A stretch of 63,047 bases of DNA, filler included. It is 14 parts of 14 records of this genome, joined end to end, with 100 filler letters (N's around TTAATTAATTAA, not from the genome) between each part and the next. Parts side by side here need not be neighbours in the genome. Positions count along the whole stretch, not along the records: positions 50,392 to 56,962 come from SRR7504441_25886; positions 57,063 to 63,047 come from SRR7504441_25887; 12 more parts are not named here. The stretch is one strand, 5' to 3'. The translations under genes were made by a program, and so were the position numbers. This document shows, one piece after another, positions 55,801 through 63,047 of the stretch (positions are counted from its first letter, which is position 1; the number at the start of each line of letters is the position of its first letter). The notes under the pieces are model-generated. The model made no database searches, was not told the origin of the DNA, and was given only the letters and a program-made list of their open reading frames with translations.

Positions 55801-56962
55801 ATCCTCCCAGCCAGCCATCCTTCGCTGCTCGATGCAACGGTAGCTCTCCAGTGGGCGTGTCCTCCTGCCAACCGCAAGTCAGCCAGGTTCGTATCAATGA
55901 GATGCGGATTAGCCATAATACCTGAAGAACCGCCTCGGGACACATCAAGATCAAGGAACGCACTAGCTGCTCCCGACCCTCCCCGCGATTGGCAGCAGCC
56001 AGATGCAGTGCAGTGCCTGTGCCCGTGGTCGTGGTGACACCTACCTGTGCCGCGCCGAGCGCTCCTCCTGAAGGGTTGCCGAACGCGGTGCGACACTGAT
56101 ACATGAGGGAAGGCGGACAACTGTCAGGCACCGGTCACGCGCCGAGGTAGGGGCAGGGCGCACAATTCAGCCATCATCGAGACTTGTTCGGTGAGCACCT
56201 TTGGATTCAGCATTACGTTGACGCACATCGCGTGGATCGGTAGGTTGTTACCAGCGTCTCCGAGCCAGAGGTACTCGGGCACCATCGTGAGCAGCGCGTT
56301 GATCTGCTCGAGCTCTCCCGCATTCCGGGCACTGATCATCAGCTGGGTCAGCCCATTCAGCCGCCCCGCGGACAATGCCCGGACAAATCGGAGTGCTTCC
56401 TCTGATGCGCCCCGGACAGTGAACGGTTCGGGCGGCCATGCCATCACGAGCTCAAGGGTGTCCTCGTCCTGTTCGATCCACTCACGACGTCGGGAGAGCA
56501 GCTCGCCGACTTCAGGCAAGGGCTCGCCGATAGGCTCGGGCCATTTGTTCCGGAGCACTCGCTCGAGCTCCTCACGAGACTTGAATCGAGCCCTCTTCTT
56601 CGTGCACTCCTCGCACTCGCAGACCACGCTCTCGGCTTCATTCATCGGTGGTTCGGTAACGGATTTGATTTTGCGGTCTGCAGTATCCGCCCAAGTCCTC
56701 GTGCTCGCCCTCCGTCCACCTGACCGTCACGTCCACCTCTATCAGGTCGTGATCCGTGTGCATCACTGCTCTTCTTGCGCCCTCGCCGTACCCCGCAAAC
56801 CAGTGAACGATGTAGCGCTTCCATACGCACTAGCGCAGTACACATGACGAGCCGGTGCCAGCCCGTGGATTTTTCTCGAAAATCCGGGAGTTCTTTTGCA
56901 AACTCTTCTCGTTGGACCCAGTGCACCCAGTGGAACCTGAACCAGAACCAGAACCCGCACCC
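52843..56962 (-). CDS. Ankyrin-repeat + helical region + C-terminal MYND zinc finger protein, 5' truncated, multi-exon
   Basis: Ankyrin: TALHLAA, GELPLHRA, GMLPLHLAC, TCLHLAC. MYND: CANCGK...CSRCKSVFYCSKSCQKKHW...HKFSC. The four downstream ORF breaks I checked and the 53347 stop are bridged in frame by 43-57-nt GT-AG introns; the most 5' junction (about 56645) was not resolved. Confidence 0.85.
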
Positions 56963-57158
56963 NNNNNNNNNNNNNNNNNNNNNNNNNNNNNNNNNNNNNN
57001 NNNNNNTTAATTAATTAANNNNNNNNNNNNNNNNNNNNNNNNNNNNNNNNNNNNNNNNNNNNTTATAGCTTTAGTCGAGCCTAGGAAAAATAAGTTTGGA
57101 TATCAATACTCGTAAACGAATTTAACTCTCTTATAATTACATGTATTGTTCTCACGGC

Positions 57159-60158
57159 TCATAGGAGCGCGTCGAGCACGGCTCCGACGTTGCCGTTGTG
57201 CGCATCCAGCAGCGCCCGGTTCCGGTCGGCGTCGGCAAACCCCATCTCCCGTAGCTCGTTCAGCTCGGGCTCCCAGGTCTGCAGTGGTTTGAGCGACTCG
57301 CGGATGGCGGCCTGCAGCTCCTCCTCCTCCGAGCACGTCGCGCTCGCAATGGACGGCGCGGGCAGCTGCAGCACCGGCGGCAGCGGCACGGGAGGCGGCG
57401 GCTCTTGCTGCCCGACGACTGGAGAGAACAGGATCGCGCTGATGTGTGGCCAGCAGCCCTCGGTCTGCAGCCGGAGGAGCCGCTCGCTTGCGGCGCCCGA
57501 GACGGTGAGCGTGAGCGGCTGCCGGAACCAGGCCATGGTGTCCGGCCCCCAGTTGGAGCCGCTCGTCCACTCGGAGGCCACCTCGCCGCACAGCACCCCG
57601 TCGAGCCGCAGCTGCAGCGGCCGTGGATCGGCCGATGTGTGGTGGGTGAACAGGCAGTACCGCCCGGGCTCGAGACAGACCCGGTACTCGGCCCAGCCGC
57701 CAAACCCGTCGTTGTAGCACATGTTCCGCTCGGGGCAGAACCGGTCGCCCCGGGCCGAGCTGTCTGCGAGCACCAGCAGCTTGGCACCCACCGACGCGCA
57801 AAGCCCCGTGCTCAGCCAGGAGCGCCTCTCGCCGTCTGTGAGTCCGGTCGGCGCAGTGGAGCCGGGCGCGTCGAGCAGCCCATGCAGATACTCAACGGCC
57901 AGGATCAGCGGCCGGCCCTTGCCACTGCTGCAGTCGCTGCACAGCCCCGTCTGGAGCGCCTCGGCCCGGCCGCCAAAGTGCCGCTCGCGCACCGTCTCCC
58001 GGTTCAGCCGGAACGCCACCTCGGCTCGCAGCACCTCGACGGCCGCGGTGGGCCTGGCGACCGGCCCCCCGTGCACGTCGATCCGCCGAATCCCAAACCT
58101 CTCGCCACCGCCGGCCGTCTCCAGCTCGAGCCTGACCACTCGCGTCGGAGCCGCCCAGCCCGCGACCCGCGACGAGCGGCCATTGTGCGAGCCTTCCGCG
58201 GCGGTCCGCACCGGCGTCAAGGTCGGAGCCCCGTGCTCGCCCGGGCGGCGGCCCATCACCCGCACGTTGCGGATCCCAAACAGCTTGCCGTGGTTCCAGC
58301 CGTCCGGATGCCCGTCGGCCAGCTCGATCCGGACAAACCGCGTGGGCTCGGGCCAGCCGGGGATCCCGCCGTGCCAGCCGTTGATCTCGCCGTCCCGGAA
58401 CCTCGGGACCGAGCTCGCGTCGGCCTGGGTCCGCTGCACGGTCCAGCTGCCGCCGTCGACCGATGAGGAGACGGCAATCGTGCTGGCGACCGCGAGCCCC
58501 CACCACTGGATGTGCACCGCAGTCACCCGGCACGGCTCAGGCAACTCGATCTGCAGCCAGGCCGTCTCGCGCTCGGCGTACCAGATTGTGTCGCCTGCCC
58601 CGTATCCCTCGCCGTCGGTGATCGCCCCGGCCATCTCCTCTGACTCGCTCACCTCAACCGGCGCTCCCCTGGACAGCTCGACTGGCCAGCCCAGCTCGAC
58701 CATCCGACCGCCGGCCGCGGCGAGCACTCGGTACTGGCGGGCCGGGCCGCTCTCCCAGTCGATGGTCAGGCCGCTCACCGCACAGTCCTGCCCGAGGTCT
58801 ATCTCGACCCAGCCGGCACCGGCGGTCGTGTGCCAGACCGAGTCTGAGCAGTCGACCAGGTTCTCGCACGCATACTCGAACCCCACGTCCGAGCAGCGGA
58901 CCGGCCGGCCCTTGCTGATCACCAGCCCCTCCTTCCCGAACCAGCTCGCCCGCATCGCCTCGAGCGCCCGGCCTACCCATGGCTCACAGTCGCAGCAGCT
59001 CGCTCGCACGTGCTCAACCCGCTCCTCCCACGCGCGCAGATTGAACGGGCACGCCGCGGTCGCCTCGGCCAGCAGCTCGCCCCGCCGGTCGCTCGGGCCG
59101 AGCCCGGCCGCCGTCCTGATCCGCTCGCTGAGGCTGTACTGAGCGAACTCGGCTTGGGCTTGCTCCATCAGCGGCACATTCCACACACCACAACTCTGGC
59201 CGGCCACGCCGCCGCCGTGCAGGTGCTTGCTGCTGGCCCAGCCCGAGATATCGTTGGCCAGGTACCATAGCCCGGGCCGCTTATGCACCAGCAGCGCGCA
59301 GTGCCCCGGCTGGCCCACAGGGAACGCCGGCAGCCCAAACGCCTGCGCGGCCCCCGTCGCAAAGAACGAGATCGCGCCGCACACGCCGCCGCACTCAGCG
59401 TACTCCTGCAGGCTGATATGCCCACCGTGGCCGTAGAACCCAACCGCATCATTGACGTCGTGCCCGTTCCGTTCGCTGGTGAATTTGACCATATCCCCCG
59501 GCAGCTCGACCGCCGACCCGTCCGGCTGCAGCTCGCGCGCCCGACGCAGGTCGGCGCACGCGCTCTGGGCCCAGTCGAGCTCCTGGTCGGAGCACATGCT
59601 CCGGAAGACGAACCGCAGCTGCCAGGGCATCAGCTGGTCGAAGCTGCCGAACAGCCGGCCTTCGCGGTGCCAGTCTACAAAGTTGAGGTAACGCGCCACT
59701 GGCTCCACCGGCACCCCACGGCCCTCCCGCAGCGCCTCGTTGCTGTCGAGCAGGTGCACCGGGGACGAAAACCCGAGCGCGCACCCGACCGCCAGCCTTC
59801 GCCGGAACGGGTCGTCCGTGCAGGCTGAGTCGATCTCGATCAGCCGGAGCAACAGGAGCACTGCGGCCGCCCAGCGGTCGGCCGGCGCGTCGGGGCTGAG
59901 CACCGAGCAGCTGGCGCAGTCGCCGCTCGACAGGAAGAGCTCGAGCAGCGCTCGGTTGGTGAGCAGCTGCCCGAAGCCGGGATGGTCGGCCAGCTCCAGC
60001 CGGCCCGGCCCGGGGCGGATCTGGGTGCGGTCCGGGGCCAGCTGGGCCAGCAGCTGAAACTGCAGCAGGCTGAGCATCCCGGCGTCGGTCGCCGGGTCGG
60101 ACAGCGCCGGGTCTGTCTCATGGCCCAGCCGCTCCAGCACAGACCGGATCTCCTCCAT
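57159..60158 (-). CDS. Transglutaminase/cysteine-protease-like core + F5/8C (discoidin/galactose-binding-like) domains + UIM + UBA, 999 aa, uninterrupted ORF
   Basis: GGVCGAISFF...GLPAFPVGQPGHCA...W.LAND (Cys-His-Asn/Asp); NLVD...W...WVEIDLG...LTIDWE and AITDG...WLQIELPEP...VHIQWW...SSVDGGSW (F5/8C); SEEEELQAAIRESL (UIM); LNELREMGFADADRNRALLDAHNGNVGAVLDALL (UBA). Confidence 0.8.
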   Translation of the reverse strand: MEEIRSVLERLGHETDPALSDPATDAGMLSLLQFQLLAQLAPDRTQIRPGPGRLELADHPGFGQLLTNRALLELFLSSGDCASCSVLSPDAPADRWAAAVLLLLRLIEIDSACTDDPFRRRLAVGCALGFSSPVHLLDSNEALREGRGVPVEPVARYLNFVDWHREGRLFGSFDQLMPWQLRFVFRSMCSDQELDWAQSACADLRRARELQPDGSAVELPGDMVKFTSERNGHDVNDAVGFYGHGGHISLQEYAECGGVCGAISFFATGAAQAFGLPAFPVGQPGHCALLVHKRPGLWYLANDISGWASSKHLHGGGVAGQSCGVWNVPLMEQAQAEFAQYSLSERIRTAAGLGPSDRRGELLAEATAACPFNLRAWEERVEHVRASCCDCEPWVGRALEAMRASWFGKEGLVISKGRPVRCSDVGFEYACENLVDCSDSVWHTTAGAGWVEIDLGQDCAVSGLTIDWESGPARQYRVLAAAGGRMVELGWPVELSRGAPVEVSESEEMAGAITDGEGYGAGDTIWYAERETAWLQIELPEPCRVTAVHIQWWGLAVASTIAVSSSVDGGSWTVQRTQADASSVPRFRDGEINGWHGGIPGWPEPTRFVRIELADGHPDGWNHGKLFGIRNVRVMGRRPGEHGAPTLTPVRTAAEGSHNGRSSRVAGWAAPTRVVRLELETAGGGERFGIRRIDVHGGPVARPTAAVEVLRAEVAFRLNRETVRERHFGGRAEALQTGLCSDCSSGKGRPLILAVEYLHGLLDAPGSTAPTGLTDGERRSWLSTGLCASVGAKLLVLADSSARGDRFCPERNMCYNDGFGGWAEYRVCLEPGRYCLFTHHTSADPRPLQLRLDGVLCGEVASEWTSGSNWGPDTMAWFRQPLTLTVSGAASERLLRLQTEGCWPHISAILFSPVVGQQEPPPPVPLPPVLQLPAPSIASATCSEEEELQAAIRESLKPLQTWEPELNELREMGFADADRNRALLDAHNGNVGAVLDALL

Positions 60159-60228
60159 ATTTTACCGGCAAGCCGTTACGGACACCCAGCGGAAGGGTGG
60201 GGTAGAGGCGTGGGTGAGGAGAGCGAAC

Positions 60229-61201
60229 ATGGAGCGGGCGATCTTGGAGGCCCAAAAGTCGCTGTTCCCCTGGGTGAAGCCCCGGCCGGCCTCCCCAGAG
60301 CCCACTCGGGGCGGGAGGGACAAGGCGCGCAGCAAGCTGCCCGACCCCGAGCCCCAGCCGGCCCGCGACTCGCCCAGCCCAAGCCCGCAGCAGGCCCGCG
60401 ACAGCACACCCAGCCCGGCGAGCGGCCGGGAGCCCAAGCACCGCCGGGGGCGCCCAGACGACAAGCAACTGGAGCGGCGAAGCTGCCCTGCGAGCGAGCC
60501 ACCTCGGGGCCAGCAGGCCCTCGAGGCCGCGCTGGCCAAAGCCGTGGCTGCCAAAGAGGCGGCCGAGGCCGAGGCTGCCTTTTATCGGGAGGCGGTAGCG
60601 GCGCTGGGGCAGGAGCGGGATCGAGCGGTGGCGGCCCAGCGGCAGGCGCAAGCGGAGGCGGCTAATGAGCGAGGCGCGCTTGCTGGTGGACCAGGCGATC
60701 GAGTGCGCGGCCAGCGCCCGGTGGCCAGAGCAGGCAGCGGCGGCAGCAGCAGCGGACAGCGGCAGCGCGCACGAAGAGGCGCGAGAGCAGCCAGTCAATC
60801 GCGGAGAGGTCGCACAGCAGCCGGCTGAGAAGACCATAACCGAATACCTAGCTGCAAGGGAACCAGCTAAATACAGCCCGACCCACCAGTCGCACGCAAC
60901 ACACGCAACGCTCCGGAATTCGCTGGAATATGGTGGCAGCATTGAATTCGAAGTTGTCCAACACGATCGCTTGGACCGGCACGAGTTTCCGTATGTGGTG
61001 CCTGGGCTTCACTGTGCGCCAATCGGCCGCACTCTAAGCGAGCAACGATTAGGCACTCCGCCGACTCCTCCGAAGGCTGCTTTCGGCAGCCATTTCACTC
61101 GGGTTACGTTGCCGCTTGACCCTACCTGTACCAGCCCCAGCTCTCCACCTCGGCCTGGGCCCCGTCGAACATGGGTGCGTAACAGGGTAACATCATCATA
61201 A
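60229..61201 (+). CDS. Hypothetical Pro-rich/coiled-coil protein, 1 intron
   Basis: ATG at 60229; a 43-nt GT-AG intron 60686-60728 joins ORFs 60214-60828 and 60665-61201 in frame. Confidence 0.6.
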
Positions 61202-61272
61202 TGAATGTTATTTGACTTGTATATAGCCATCACAGTCATGATTATCGTTGAATCAATCGTGGCCGCGTCGCG

Positions 61273-62457
61273 CTACAATCGGCTATTGTCGTCTTCGTGG
61301 TCGTCGCATCCGTGCGGGCCGTCGCCATAGATGTCGTACCTCCTATGCGTGTGCATTGGCATGTTACTCCGTGTCTCCTTTATCACCTTGGCCGGGCCGG
61401 CTAACAGACCTCTACTGTCGGGTGATACCTCGGGGTCGATCTCAAAAGTCTTTATTCCGGTGGTCTCCCCAAGGGCAGCGATACAAGTTCCCCAAGGGTC
61501 GAAGGCCACTGCATGCCCCCACGACTGCCGCTTGTTCCCGTCGCTATTGTGCACCCCAACCTGCGCAGTTCCCACCCATCGCTCAGAGCACGCAGCAGCG
61601 CCACACCTGTGCAGCTGCAACCACGTAGCACTGTGTCTCTATTGCGCGAGCTCGGAGCAAAGTCTCCCAATGTGCCCGTCCCGTCTTGACCGCGAATGCG
61701 GATGGCATCAGCAGCAGGTCAGCCTTGTGCACGAACCGCAGCTTCTGGTACAGCTCTGGGAACCTCATGTCATAGCAAATACTGACCCCAAGTCGCCCTG
61801 CTGGGCTATCTGCAACCACAAGCTCTTCTCCTGGGAGGGCCTGCTTCGATTCGACTAATCCTACGAACGGTGCGTCGTATAAATGGATCTTCCGGTACCT
61901 GCCCTAGACCGATCGAGCCATGATCTGGCCTGTGCTGCTAGCCTTGCAACGATCTCGCCCTCAGCATCCACAACCACGTGCGTATTGTAGATCCGATCAT
62001 CCCCCGGTGGCCCCCGCTCCTGCGATCTCCGGCTCAGCGCAGGCGAACACCACTGCTGGCCCACCTGGAACCCGCCCAGCGAGAGCCACACTGCGTTCTG
62101 CCGCGCCAGCTTGCGGTACTCAGCCATCAGTGGGCCTTCCAGCGGCTCTGCAGCGGCCTGCACACTGCACTGGGGGCGCGCATCGGGGGGGAGCACCTGG
62201 GCCTCACCAGGATTGGCCCCCATGAAGGCAAAGTTCTCCGGAAAGAACACGATCCGGCAGCCGCCTGCGTCCGCGCACTAGCTGCCACCCGTTGCCAGCC
62301 GGCGGCTACCATCGATTGCTTGCCGGACGGCCGCGGCGCACCAGGCCAAATTAGCTGCCGCGTCGTTCACCTGGCACCAGCTGTGCCTCGACTGGACGAC
62401 TGCCCTCACCGCAGTCATCTGGACCAGCGCCGCCTTGCACCGGGCTGCTCCCGCCAT
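61273..62457 (-). CDS. NIT1: Nitrilase-family Nit1 (deaminated glutathione amidase), multi-exon
   Basis: AALVQMTA; catalytic E-K-C motifs FFPENF, AR|YRKIHLYD (needs GC-AG intron 61942-61899) and SICYDMRFPELY; TGRAHWETLLRARAIETQCYVVAAAQ; GHAVAFDPWG. Confidence 0.92.
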
Positions 62458-62740
62458 GCGTCGATTTTTTATGCGGCTCCGGAATGTTGTGTACTGTACA
62501 CGTCGGTACCACTGAATCTGTACTGACGACAGTACGAGTATATCAAACTTGATAATTACGCTGTGCTAGTAGCTGCTGGTCAACTTGGACGAGTCTTGTA
62601 TGAGTTATGAATCGATCGTTCAAACAAAGAGATCTATAAGAGAGTCGATTTTATGCACACGGTACCTCTGTTCCATGTGCGCATTGAATCAAAGCTCATA
62701 CTCGTATACGGCCCTTTGAAGCGCAACGACCCGATCTGGC

Positions 62741-63047
62741 CTAGTCCTCCTGGAGCATGTTGACCGTGACGCCGTCAATCATGCTGGCAGCCTCCTGCTT
62801 CTCCAGCACGTTGCTGGCAGATGCCTTGTCTGCCAGGTACGTCTGGTCGACCGGGTCCAGCCCGAGCGAGTCGCCTAGCTGCGATTTGTCCTCCCCCATC
62901 ATCTGGTCGTAGGCCGCGTCCTCGTAGCTCTGGCCCTTGGTGGGCACTGTCACACCCTTGTCTTTCATTTTATTGATCGTGTACTTGAGCTGCTCGAGCC
63001 TCTTGGCCTGATCGGTCCCCTTTTTCATGGCCTGAATGTGCCGGCCT
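62741..63047 (-). CDS. 3' part of an unidentified protein, cut by the window edge
   Basis: Open frame with strong GC3 bias from the window end to TAG at 62741. Confidence 0.55.
   Translation of the reverse strand, partial: GRHIQAMKKGTDQAKRLEQLKYTINKMKDKGVTVPTKGQSYEDAAYDQMMGEDKSQLGDSLGLDPVDQTYLADKASASNVLEKQEAASMIDGVTVNMLQED

Noticed and set aside
4503-57062. 13 regularly recurring TTAATTAATTAA elements in N runs as a biological repeat array
   Set aside because: Identical 100-nt synthetic contig linkers with six-frame stops.
57405-59142. Long antisense or overlapping ORFs (e.g. 57721-59142, 34791-35963, 2500-3636, 43844-44746)
   Set aside because: Shadow ORFs expected from high GC3 on the opposite coding strand; low-complexity translations without motifs.
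8357-62410. Uniform short introns as introner transposons
   Set aside because: They share length but I saw no shared sequence, terminal inverted repeats or target-site duplications; an all-versus-all intron alignment would settle it.

Overview
This window is not prokaryotic and not contiguous. It is 14 short contigs (about 3-7 kb) joined by 13 artificial 100-nt linkers (N44-TTAATTAATTAA-N44). They come from a compact, GC-rich eukaryotic (protist) nuclear genome whose lineage I cannot assign. Many genes are split by very short spliceosomal introns (mostly 35-48 nt, usually GTG donors, little or no polypyrimidine tract, at least four GC-AG), so the ORF track fragments them. I re-spliced these by hand. 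Recognisable genes: NudC, a PKA-like kinase, an AFG2/SPATA5-type AAA ATPase (about 19 introns), mitochondrial ATP synthase epsilon (missed by the ORF track), an ERGIC-53/VIP36-type lectin, Nit1, LCAT/PDAT, GH78 rhamnosidase, ABHD17-like hydrolase, a tandem DH-PH RhoGEF, WD40, ankyrin-MYND, LRR, EH/EF-hand proteins, and an NRPS fragment. The best candidates for new biology are unusual domain architectures: (1) membrane-anchor-TIR-ARM-SPRY, a SARM1-like immune candidate; (2) Cys-His transglutaminase-like core plus F5/8C lectin domains, UIM and UBA; (3) GGCT-NHL-cold-shock; (4) FIST-Lon-N; (5) signal peptide-PDZ-TPR-2OG oxygenase. Genome-level signals are the tiny-intron system, head-to-head gene pairs with ATGs 34-119 nt apart, and a recurrent intergenic TACTCGTA motif. 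All domain calls are motif recognition by eye; no searches were run.
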